Below are positions 31,374-43,100 of a DNA stretch of 64,000 nucleotides, in pieces. The position numbers were made by a program, and so were the translations under genes. Within the stretch, counting starts at the first letter, position 1. Each line of letters opens with the position of its first letter. Origin of the DNA: Polyangiales bacterium (GTDB taxonomy: Bacteria; Myxococcota_A; Polyangia; Polyangiales; JADJQN01); assembly GCA_964202905.1 (NCBI GenBank), contig CAXNJO010000005.1, forward strand, positions 224,001 to 288,000, written 5' to 3'. A model generated the notes under the pieces. The model worked only from the letters and a program-made list of their open reading frames with translations, did not search any database and was not told the DNA's origin.

Positions 31374-31584
31374 CCTTCATCTCTCGCGGCTCTCGCCGAC
31401 AGCGCCACCCTTGAGCACAGCGTTGCCGCGCGCGGGGGCGGGGGCCGCCGGGATGAGTGCACGCCAGCACGCGCCCGGTCGCCACGGCGGCGCACTCCCC
31501 CTGCACATCCCCCGCGCATTTCCGCGCGACCTCGGGTAACCTCGCGGGCACGCGCGGCCCGCTCGGCGCGCGCAGCGAGGTCCC

Positions 31585-32502
31585 ATGGCGCAGACGTTCA
31601 CCACGCTCCCCCGCCCCGACATCCCCCGCGAACAGGTCGGCAACGTCGTCTACGGGACGTTCGGCCACCTCGGCTCGCCCTTCTTCTACGTCGTGCTGCT
31701 CGCCCTCGTCGGCGTCACGCGCTGGAGCGCGATCTGGACGTTCTTCGCGGTGTCCGCGGTGTTCGTGCCCTTCACGCTGATCGAGGAGCACCGCAACACC
31801 TCGCTGAAGCTGCCGAAGGTGAACACGCGCGAGGTCGTCGACGGGCTCTTCATGGTCTTCGTGAAGGGCGTCGCCATCGGGGGCGGCTTCATCACGCTCG
31901 GCTGGTATGCGCTCTCGTTCGTGCCGCTCTACGGGCGGCACTTCCACAGCTGGTGGCTCATCGCGGCGGCGACCATCGGCTGCGACCTCGCGTATTACCT
32001 CATTCATCGGCTGATGAGCCACAGCCGCGGGCCGAATCCCCTGCTCCGCTACTACCGGAAGAAGCACGCCGCGCACCACTCGGTGACCGAGCTCGACTTC
32101 CTGCGCGGCAACCAGTCGTCGCTCGTCGACACCGCGTTCAGCCAGTTCCAGCCCTCGATGATCGTGATCTCGTACGTGCTCGGCATGGACCTCGAGACGA
32201 CGTGGGTCGCCTACGCGCTCATCCTGCTGCTCCAGGCCACCGACCACACCAGCGTCACGTACAACATCGGTTGGCTCAAATACATCTTCATGGACAACCA
32301 CGCGCACAAGCTGCACCACTGCAAGCGCGGGAATCTGATCAACCACGCTGCGGCCTTCTCGGTGTTCGACCGTTTGTGGGGCACGTATTACGAGGATTGG
32401 AGTCTCTCCTCGAACTACCTGCACCACCACGGCGTGCCGCTGCCCATCAAGCCGCTCGATCGGCGCGAGTCGCGCATCGCCGCGCCCGCCCCGGCGGAAT
32501 GA
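31585..32502 (+). CDS. Sterol desaturase / fatty acid hydroxylase family protein
   Basis: His boxes YLIHRLMSH, HAAHHS and HAHKLHH; FDRLWGT. Confidence 0.9.
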   Translation: MAQTFTTLPRPDIPREQVGNVVYGTFGHLGSPFFYVVLLALVGVTRWSAIWTFFAVSAVFVPFTLIEEHRNTSLKLPKVNTREVVDGLFMVFVKGVAIGGGFITLGWYALSFVPLYGRHFHSWWLIAAATIGCDLAYYLIHRLMSHSRGPNPLLRYYRKKHAAHHSVTELDFLRGNQSSLVDTAFSQFQPSMIVISYVLGMDLETTWVAYALILLLQATDHTSVTYNIGWLKYIFMDNHAHKLHHCKRGNLINHAAAFSVFDRLWGTYYEDWSLSSNYLHHHGVPLPIKPLDRRESRIAAPAPAE

Positions 32503-32506
32503 GCCG

Positions 32507-33298
32507 ATGAGCAAGGGATATGCGCTCGTCACGGGCGCGAGCAGCGGCATCGGCGCGGACCTCGCGCGCGAGCTCGGGCGGGCCGGACACCCGCTGATCC
32601 TCACGGCCCGTCGCGTCGATCGGTTGGAAACGCTCGCCGCCGAAGTGCGCGCGAGCGCGCGGGTGGACGTCGTCGTGATGGCCGCGGATCTCGCCGCGCC
32701 GGGCGCCGCACGCTCGCTGCACGAGGCGGTCGCCGCGCGTGGGCTCGGGGTCGACGTCCTCGTGAACAACGCGGGCTACGGGATGCAGGGGCAGTTCCTC
32801 GACATGGACTTCGACGCGGTCGAGGCGATGTTCCGCGTGAACATCGTCGCGCTCACGCACCTCACGCAGCTCTTCGCGCAGGACATGGCGAAGCGGGGGC
32901 ACGGCTACGTGCTCAACGTCGCCTCGGCCGCTGCGTTTCTGCCCTCGCCCTACGTGAGCGCGTACGCGGCGACGAAGTCCTACGTGCTCGGCTTCTCCGA
33001 GGCGCTGCGCTTCGAGCTGCGCGACCGGGGCGTGAGCATCACGACGCTCTATCCGGGCATCACCACGACCGAGTTCAACGAGGTCGCGCACGCGAAGACG
33101 CCGCCCGCGATGAACCTCTCGATCCTCAGCGCCGCCGAGGTCGCGCGCATCGGCGCGCGCGCCATGTTCGCGCGCCGCCGCGCCGTCGTGCCGGGGCTCA
33201 TCAACAAGCTCAACGCGATCTTCTCCGCGGTGCTGCCGCGCGGCTTCGTCTCGTTCATGGCCGGCACGCTGCTCGGCCGCGCGAACGGCTGGAAGTGA
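32507..33298 (+). CDS. Short-chain dehydrogenase/reductase
   Basis: TGASSGIG, NNAG and YAATK motifs. Confidence 0.93.
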   Translation: MSKGYALVTGASSGIGADLARELGRAGHPLILTARRVDRLETLAAEVRASARVDVVVMAADLAAPGAARSLHEAVAARGLGVDVLVNNAGYGMQGQFLDMDFDAVEAMFRVNIVALTHLTQLFAQDMAKRGHGYVLNVASAAAFLPSPYVSAYAATKSYVLGFSEALRFELRDRGVSITTLYPGITTTEFNEVAHAKTPPAMNLSILSAAEVARIGARAMFARRRAVVPGLINKLNAIFSAVLPRGFVSFMAGTLLGRANGWK

Positions 33299-33330
33299 CG
33301 CGCAGGGCGTAGCGCGCGGAGTCGCGCCCT

Positions 33331-33357
33331 CGACATCGCAAGGAGGTTGCGGTGTCG
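33331..33357. terminator. Hairpin between convergent SDR and MMPL genes
   Basis: CGACATCGCAA-N5-TTGCGGTGTCG, 11-bp stem with one G.U; no clear U-tract. Confidence 0.45.
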
Positions 33358-33385
33358 TGTCGTCTCACCGCATCTCGCCCCGCGC

Positions 33386-35629
33386 TCAGTGCGGCTTCGC
33401 GGGGCCGAGCCAGCGCAGCAGGAACTTCGGGCACCACCAGTTGAGATCGCCGAAGAGGCGCATCGTCGCCGGCACGATGAGCACCCGCACGAGCGTCGCG
33501 TCGAGCGTGACGGCGAGCGCGAGCGCGACGCCCATCGCCTTCATCGCGAGCACCGTCGCGAGGGCGAAGGCGGCGAAGACGGCGACCATCACGGAGGCGG
33601 CGCTCGTGATGAGGCCGGCCGTCTGCTCGAGCCCGTCGGCGACGGCCTGCGTGTTGTCGCGCGTGCGCTCGTACTCCTCGTGCATGCGCGTGAGCATGAG
33701 GACCTCGTAGTCCATCGAGAGCCCGAAGACCGTGCAGAAGAGCAGCACGGGCAGGGTCGGATCGATGGGGGCGGGCTCGAAGCGCAGCAGCGAGGCGAGG
33801 TGCCCGTCCTGGAAGATCCACACCAGCGCGCCGAAGGACGCGCCGATCGAGAGGAAGTTCATCACGACGGCCTTCAGCGGCAGCAGCACCGAGCGCAGCA
33901 GCGCGAAGAGCACGAGGTAGGTCATCACGACGACGAAGCCGATGGCCCAGGGCGCGCGCGACTCGATGAAGCGGCTCACGTCGAGGTCCTCGGCCGTCTG
34001 CCCGGTGACGCGCAGGCGGCCGTCGGCGACGTCGCGGCGCTGCCGCAGCGTGCGCACGACGCCGCGCGCGACGTCGCTCGCCGGGGCCGCGTCGACGAGC
34101 ACGGCGAGCGCGACGGTCGTCGGCCCGACGGTCGCGTCGTGCAGGAATTGCAGCTCCGGCGAGAGCTGCTCGTACGGCGTCGAGGCGGCGGCGACGGTGG
34201 AGTCGCGGTCGAACATCGGGCCGAGATCGACGAGGCTCTCGACGGCGCGGACGCCGGGGATGCGCTGCACGCGCTGGCTGAGATCGTAGAGCGCGCCGGC
34301 GCGGCGCGCGTCGAGCGCGGAGGCGTGCGGGCCGGTGGCGCCGGGGCGCGCCGGGAACTCGGTGACGACGAGCACGCGCGTCGCGACCTGATCGGGGAAG
34401 TGCGTGACCATCAGGTCGTAGCCGCGCCGCGCCTCGGCGGACTTCGGCAGCACGCTCACGTCGGCCGTCTGCATGCGCATGTGGAAGAACGGCGCGGACG
34501 CCGCGAGCAGCACGACGAGCACGGGCGCGAGCACGAGGAGCGGGCGCGCCATCACCCAGCGCGCGAGCCGCTGCCAGCCCGCGCCGCCCGTCGCGCCGCG
34601 ACGCGCGAAGGGGACGCGCCCCGCGTGGATGCGCGGCCCGAGCACGGCGAGCAGCGCGGGGAGGAACGTGAGCGCGAAGACGACGGCGAAGGCGACGACG
34701 ATCGCGCCCGCGAGGCCCATCGGCGCGAGGAAAGACCCGTGCAAGAAGACGAGCCCCGAGAGACCGATGCCCACCGCGAGCCCCGAGAACGCGACGGCCT
34801 TGCCCGCCGTGCCCGTCGCGATGACGAGCGCCTCGTCGTAGCTGCGTCCCGCGGCGAGCTCGTCGCGGTAGCGCGTGACGATGAAGAGCGAGTAGTCGAT
34901 GGCGACGCCGAGCCCGATGAGCGACGCGACGTTGATGGCGTACGCGGGCACGTCCATCACGCGCGAGAGCGCGGTGACGCCGGCCATCCCGCTCATCACC
35001 GCGAGCCCGCCGACGAAGGCGGGCAGCGTCGCGGCGACGAGGGTGCGAAACACGAAGAGCAGGATGAGCAGCGTGAGCGGGAGGCTCACCAGCTCCGCGA
35101 GCACGAGGTCGTGTTCGAGCGTCTTGTCGAGGTCGTTGCGGAACGCGAGATAGCCCGTGAACGTCGCGCGGAGCGGCCCCGGGTCCACCTTCGCGCGGAG
35201 CTCGGGGTAGGCGATCGCCGCGTCGTGGTAGGTGTCGCGCAGGAGCACGACGGCGAGCGCGTGGCGCCCGTCCTCGGAGCGGAAGCGCGCGGCGACCGCG
35301 TCGGGCGCGTCGTCCGCAGACTTCACCGCCGCGACCCGCGGATCGCGCCGCAGCGGGGCGAGCGCGCGGCCCATCGCGGCGACGAATTCGGGGTCGTCCG
35401 CGTAGAGCGCGTCGCTCGAGAAGACGACCGCGAAGGACGACAGCCCCGGCAGATCGAGCTCGCGGTCGATCGCGCGCCGCGCGAGGTCGGCCTCGGTGCC
35501 GCGCGTCTCGCCGGAGCTGAGCGCCCCGCCGCGCAGGATCACGCCGACCGAGACGAGGAGCACGAGCGCGGAGGCGACGAGGATCGCCTTGCGCCGCGCG
35601 AGCGCGAGCCTGCCGAGTGCATCGAACAC
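33386..35629 (-). CDS. MMPL (RND superfamily) transporter
   Basis: GLGVAIDYSLFIVTRYRDE and FGLSMDYEV motifs; two TM halves. Confidence 0.93.
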   Translation of the reverse strand: MFDALGRLALARRKAILVASALVLLVSVGVILRGGALSSGETRGTEADLARRAIDRELDLPGLSSFAVVFSSDALYADDPEFVAAMGRALAPLRRDPRVAAVKSADDAPDAVAARFRSEDGRHALAVVLLRDTYHDAAIAYPELRAKVDPGPLRATFTGYLAFRNDLDKTLEHDLVLAELVSLPLTLLILLFVFRTLVAATLPAFVGGLAVMSGMAGVTALSRVMDVPAYAINVASLIGLGVAIDYSLFIVTRYRDELAAGRSYDEALVIATGTAGKAVAFSGLAVGIGLSGLVFLHGSFLAPMGLAGAIVVAFAVVFALTFLPALLAVLGPRIHAGRVPFARRGATGGAGWQRLARWVMARPLLVLAPVLVVLLAASAPFFHMRMQTADVSVLPKSAEARRGYDLMVTHFPDQVATRVLVVTEFPARPGATGPHASALDARRAGALYDLSQRVQRIPGVRAVESLVDLGPMFDRDSTVAAASTPYEQLSPELQFLHDATVGPTTVALAVLVDAAPASDVARGVVRTLRQRRDVADGRLRVTGQTAEDLDVSRFIESRAPWAIGFVVVMTYLVLFALLRSVLLPLKAVVMNFLSIGASFGALVWIFQDGHLASLLRFEPAPIDPTLPVLLFCTVFGLSMDYEVLMLTRMHEEYERTRDNTQAVADGLEQTAGLITSAASVMVAVFAAFALATVLAMKAMGVALALAVTLDATLVRVLIVPATMRLFGDLNWWCPKFLLRWLGPAKPH

Positions 35630-35670
35630 GCGCCCTGTGTACCCGACCCGGCGCGCGATGGCGAGGATGC

Positions 35671-36480
35671 TCAGCGCGCCGGGGCGAGGAGCCGCGCGAA
35701 GGGATCCGCGCCGGGCTCGAGTTCGCGGAGGGTGGCGGCGCCCGCCACGTCGTCGAGGGTCAACGTGACCGGGCCGGCGCGGTGGCGCGTCGCGACGCGG
35801 GCGCCCGTCGAGAGGGTGACGAAGCGCTCCCAGCTCGCGCGCAGGCCGCCGACGGGGAGCACGGTGACCCACATGCGCCAGGCGATCGGGGTGTCGCCGC
35901 GGCCGGCCGCGGGCAGCTCCCAGAGGTAGGAATCGCCGGGGGTCACTCCCCCCGACGCATGGGTGACCAGCAATCCGCGCGCGCCGCCGGGGAGCGCGAC
36001 GAGGGCGCGTGTGGTGCCCGCGTCGAAGAGCTTCGCGAGCGGGTTGAGCCAGAAGGAGTCGTTGAGGAATCCCGCGTACGCGGAGGCGGTGCGCGCGCGC
36101 GCCGCGGCGCCCCGCACCTCTCGGCCGCCCTCCCACACTCGGCCCCAACTCCCGCGCAACAGCACCTCGTCGTCGCCCTGCCGCACGCGGACCAGCGAGC
36201 GCGCGCGATCCCAGAGGTAGGTGCGCTGCCCCGCGAACGAGAAGCGCACGGCCCCGGTGCGCGCCCACGCATCGACGCGCACGGCGCGCTCGATCGCCTG
36301 GGCGAGGGCGTCGGCCTCGGCGCTCGGCGAGGCGCTCGGACGCGGGCTGCTCGCGAGCACGAGCCCGAGCGCGAGCGCCCCGACCAGCAGGCCCCCGCCG
36401 AGCGCGAGCCACGCGAGCACACGCTGCCAGCGTGGGCGGCGGCGGCCGTGAGGCGTGGAATCGGGTGCGGACGGCGTCAT
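35671..36480 (-). CDS. Conserved hypothetical membrane-anchored protein
   Basis: N-terminal TM; FLNDSFWL..P, GGVTPGDSYLW and WRMWV motifs. Confidence 0.7.
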   Translation of the reverse strand: MTPSAPDSTPHGRRRPRWQRVLAWLALGGGLLVGALALGLVLASSPRPSASPSAEADALAQAIERAVRVDAWARTGAVRFSFAGQRTYLWDRARSLVRVRQGDDEVLLRGSWGRVWEGGREVRGAAARARTASAYAGFLNDSFWLNPLAKLFDAGTTRALVALPGGARGLLVTHASGGVTPGDSYLWELPAAGRGDTPIAWRMWVTVLPVGGLRASWERFVTLSTGARVATRHRAGPVTLTLDDVAGAATLRELEPGADPFARLLAPAR

Positions 36481-36502
36481 GGAGGGGAGTCGAGAATGGG
36501 AT

Positions 36503-37876
36503 TCACGCAAAGGCACGCATGATCGCGGTGGCCAGCGAGAAATAGACGAGCAACCCGAGCACGTCGACGAGCGACGCGATGAAGGGTGTCGACGACACGG
36601 CCGGATCGAGCCCGACGCGCTTGATGCCGAGCGGGAGCAGCGAGCCGACGAGCGTGCCCATGAGCACGATGACGACCACGCTGGACGCGACGACGAGCGC
36701 GATCGGCAGACTCCCATTTCCCCCGAAGAAATAGGCCCGGACGAAGCCCACCGCGCCGAGCAGCACGCCGAGCGTCACGCCGATCGAGACCTCGCGGTAG
36801 AAGATGCGCCACCAGTCGCCGGGCACGACCTCGCCGACGGCGAGCGCGCGAATCACCAGCGACGAGGACTGAGAGCCGGTGTTGCCGCCCGACGAGATGA
36901 TGAGCGGAATGAACACCACCAGCTCGATCATCGTGGCCATTTCATGCTCGAACGCGCGCATGACGGTCGCGGTGAGCAGCCCGCCGAGGAACAGCACCAC
37001 GAGCCAGCCCGCGCGCTTGCGGACGAACTCCCAATATCCCGTCTCGAAATACGAGTCTTCGATGGGCGAGACGGCGCCCATGCGCTGCGCGTCCTCCGTC
37101 GCCTCCTCGATGACGACGTCGACGACGTCGTCGACGGTGACCACGCCGAGCATCACGCCCTTCTCGTCGACGACGGGCACGGCGGAGAGGTCGTATTTGG
37201 CGATGAGGCGCGCGACCTCTTCCTGATCGGCCGTCGGCAGCGCGCGCACGACGTTCTCGGTCATGATGTCGGCGAGCGACTTCGAGGGCACCGCGAGGAT
37301 GAGGTCGCGCAGCGACACCACGCCGACGAGCTTGTCGCCGTAGGCGACGACGTAGACATAGGAGATGGTCTCGGCGCGGCCCGAGTGGCTCGCCGCGCGG
37401 ACGTGCTCGATCGACTGCCAGATCTTCGTCTCGGGCGGGAGCGAGACGTACTCCGTGGTCATGATGCCGCCGGCGCTCGACGCGTCGTAGGAGCGCAGCT
37501 CGCGCACCTCGTCGGCGACCTCGGGCTCCGTCTCCTCGAGGCGATCGAGGATCTTCTCGGCGACGTCGTCGGGCAGCTCCTGCAGCGCGTCGACGCGGTC
37601 GTCGGCGCTCATCTCCGCGAGCACCTCGGCGGCCTCGTTGGTGCCGAGCATCTCGAGGATGCGGCTGCGCACCTCCTCGTCGACGCGCTCGAGCACCTCG
37701 GCCGCGAGCTCCTCGGGGAGCAGGCGCATGAAGCTCAGCGCGACGTCGTCCTCGAGATCCGCGACGACCTCGGCGATGTCCTCGGCGTGGAACTCCTCGA
37801 GCGCCTCGAGCAGCTCCGCCGGGTCCTCGGCGAGCGTCTGCTTGAGATCGGGGCCGAGGAGGGTCGCGAGCCGCAT
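36503..37876 (-). CDS. mgtE: Magnesium transporter MgtE
   Basis: SAGGIMTTEY, CBS pair, GGNTGSQ, DPAVSSTPFI and DVLG motifs. Confidence 0.96.
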   Translation of the reverse strand: MRLATLLGPDLKQTLAEDPAELLEALEEFHAEDIAEVVADLEDDVALSFMRLLPEELAAEVLERVDEEVRSRILEMLGTNEAAEVLAEMSADDRVDALQELPDDVAEKILDRLEETEPEVADEVRELRSYDASSAGGIMTTEYVSLPPETKIWQSIEHVRAASHSGRAETISYVYVVAYGDKLVGVVSLRDLILAVPSKSLADIMTENVVRALPTADQEEVARLIAKYDLSAVPVVDEKGVMLGVVTVDDVVDVVIEEATEDAQRMGAVSPIEDSYFETGYWEFVRKRAGWLVVLFLGGLLTATVMRAFEHEMATMIELVVFIPLIISSGGNTGSQSSSLVIRALAVGEVVPGDWWRIFYREVSIGVTLGVLLGAVGFVRAYFFGGNGSLPIALVVASSVVVIVLMGTLVGSLLPLGIKRVGLDPAVSSTPFIASLVDVLGLLVYFSLATAIMRAFA

Positions 37877-37951
37877 GGCGCCTGCAGTGTGCCGACGCGC
37901 GCCGCGCCGCGCCACGGGACGCGCGTGACGGCTGCGAGCCGGAGTGCGCGC

Positions 37952-40015
<2,064 letters not shown>

Positions 40016-40194
40016 GCTGCGGCGCGGCGTAGCGCGCGCTGATCGTGCGTTCAAGGGCGGCGCGGGACTTGCGGCGCCGCGACGACGCCCGCGCACCGCG
40101 GATCACGCGGGAACCTCTGCGCCGCGCGGGTGTCGGTCAGGCGATGCCTCGACGCGAACACGGCCGCGCGCCGTTCTTCCACCCCCGCCGATCG

Positions 40195-43100
40195 ATGCCC
40201 CTCCCGATCTCCGTGGCACCCCCTGCGTCGGCTGGCGCCGCGCGGCTCGCGCTGCTCGTCCTCCTCGCCACGATCGGCGTCGCGGAGCCCCCCGCGCATG
40301 CGCAGCCCCGTGACGCCGCTGCGCCGACACGCGGCGCGCGCACCGGACTCGAGGTCGCGCTCTCCGGGCCGACGAGCGTGGTGCGCGGGCAGGTCGCGCG
40401 GCTCCACGGCACCGCCTACGAGGTGCGCGGCCTCGCGACGCTGCGCCCGCTGCCGGGCGCCGAGCTCCGCGCGCGCTATGCGACGGACGCGGCCGATGTG
40501 CCGATCGGTCCATTTTTTCGGGTGATCGCGGGCACGGACGGGCGCTTCGCGCTCGACGTACCGATCCCCGCCGCGGCGCGCGGGGCCTCGCGCCTCGACG
40601 TCGAGATCGCGCACGCGGGGGACACGCGTCGTGTCGAGAGCGCGCTCGTCGTGCTGCCCTCGGTCGCGCTCGACGTGTTCGCCGATCGTCGTCTCTACGA
40701 GCCCGGCGAGTCGATGCGTGTGTGGGTCCGCGCGCTCGACGCCGTGAGCCGCGCGCCGCTCGCGGGCGTGGCCGTGCAGGTCACGCCAGGCGCGGGGCTT
40801 CCCGCGGCTGCAGGGCTCACGACGGGTGTGTCCGGCGTCGTCGTCGCGACCCTCGCGCTGCCCGCGTCGCTCGCGAGCGTGAGCGAGTTCGGCGTCGTTC
40901 GGGCGACGCGCGCGGGCGAGTCGCCCATCGAGGCGCTGTTCCCGTATTCGGTGGGCCGTCGCGTGGTCGAGCGGATGCTCGTCGACGCAGCGGTCACGCC
41001 CGACGCGCCCACGCCCGAGTCGCCGCTCACGGTCACCGTGCGCGCGCGGTCGGCGAGCGGCGCAGCGCTGCGCGGAGCGCGGGTCGCGGTGACGCTGTCG
41101 GAGGGCGAGCCCGCGACGGCCACCACCGACGCAGAAGGCGTCGCGCGCGTCGCCGCGCGGGCGCCCGCGTTTCTGCCCGATGCGACGGGACGTGTCGCGG
41201 TGACGGTGCGTGTCGCGCACCCCGCGCACGGCACGCGCACGCTCGAGACGTCCTTCGCGATGGCGCAGCCGCGCACCCTCGTGCTCGGGGCGACGGGGCC
41301 CGCGGGTGGGCTCGTGCCGGAGGTGCCGCAAACCTTGTGGATCACGCTCCTCGACGCGGCGGGCCGACCGCCCGATGCGACGGAGACCGTGCGCGTCGCG
41401 GGGCCCGCGGTGCGGGGCGGCGTCTTCGTGGCCACGACGGACACGCATGGGATCGTGGCGGTGCCCGCGCTGCTGCCCGCGGGCGCGGCGGCCACGCACG
41501 AAGGCGCGACGGAGTGTGGAGGCCGCGTCGCGACGAGCCTCGACGTGACCGTCGAGGGCGACGTGCCGCGTGTCGCGCGGCTCTGCGTGAACGTCGCGCG
41601 CGAGGCGCTCGTCGGCGTGCACGCGGAGTCGGCCACGGCGACGCCGGGCGCGCCGATCCCGGTGACGATCGCGCGGCGCCCCGCGGCCGCGGACCGTGCG
41701 GTGATCGTGGAGTTGCGCTCCCTCCGCGCCGACGCGCCCGGCGTCCTCGCGTCGCACGTGCTCGCGCCCCGCGAGACGCGTGCGGTGCTGACGATCCCCG
41801 CGGGGCACCTCGGCCCGATGCTCGTGCGCGCGCGGCCGCTCGACGTGCCCGGCGCGGCCGAGGGCGCAGGCGGGCTCGACGCGCTGCTCGTGCGGCCCGC
41901 GCGCCCCGTCTTCGCGCAGCTCTCGCTCGATCGCGCGGTGTATCCGGTGCGAGGCGAGGCACGCCTCACGGTGCAGACGCCACCCGGCGGGCCGCGCGCG
42001 TGGGTCGCGGTGCTCGCGCGCGACCTCGCGATGCACGGCGGCGAGCAGCCCTTTCGCCGAACGTTTCTCGATGCGGCGTTCGATCGCGCGCTGCTCGATC
42101 CGGACGCGCGCGACGCCGAGGCGCTGCTCCGCGTCGCGCTCGCCGCGGACGTCGGGGCCGACGCGCCGCCGGAGCGCGCGGCGCCGCTCGTCGATGCGCT
42201 CGGCGCGCCGGTCGAGGTGGAAGGGCCACTGCGCCCCGCGACCACGCGCGGCGATCTGCGCGATCCACTCGCCGCCGCGGACGAGCTCACGCGACGCGGC
42301 GTCGGCCCGCTCATGCGCGCGGTCGAAGCGGCGCTCGACGAGGCGCTCGACGGCGACACGGGCGACGACGACCCGCTCGAGGCGATCACGGTCGGGCGCG
42401 GCGCAGCGCGGCGCTTCCGCGAAGACCTGCTCGCAGCGCGGCTCGGCGACGAGGCGCGCACGCTCGGCGACGGCGTCGCGCAGACGTCGATGCTCGGCGA
42501 GACCGACCCGAGCTTCACCTTCGAGCGCGTCGCGCGGCGCGTCGCGCGGCGGCGGCTCGTGCGGCTGCTCGCGGCGCTCGCGTCGTACCTCGAGCCGGCC
42601 GCCGACGACCCCGACGCGCCGCGCATGGACGCGCGCGAGCCCGCGAATCGTTGGCTTTCGCGCATGACGCAGTGCGGCATCCTGAGCGCGTCGGCGCTCC
42701 GCGATCCGTGGGGCGGGCACTTCGCGCTGCGGCGGAGCGCACGGCCCGCGCTCACGGTGGCGCGCGCGGCCGAGGGCTGGGAGCTCGCCTCGCCGGGGCC
42801 GGACGGCGTCGCGGGGAGCGCCGACGACGTCCGCGATCCGTTCGCGCGCGCGGTGCCTGCAGGCACGCCCTTCGCGGTCGCCTCGGGCGAGGACGCGCTG
42901 ATGGCCGCGCTCGGTGCGCTCGCGCCCGGCGACGCGACGCTGCGCGCGATCGCGGCGGCCTACACGCGGTTGACGGAGACCGCCGCAGAAGAGGCGCGCG
43001 GCGACGCGGTCGTCGCGGGCGCGAGCGAGTACGGCGAGGTCGGCGGCGACGAGGGCGCGATGGGGCTCGGCAGCCTCGGGATCCTCGGCCACGGCGCCGG

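Noticed and set aside
42030..42050. GGEQ in A2M-like gene A as a degenerate thioester
   Set aside because: It lies N-terminal to the bait-like region, not in the expected TED position, and has no Cys
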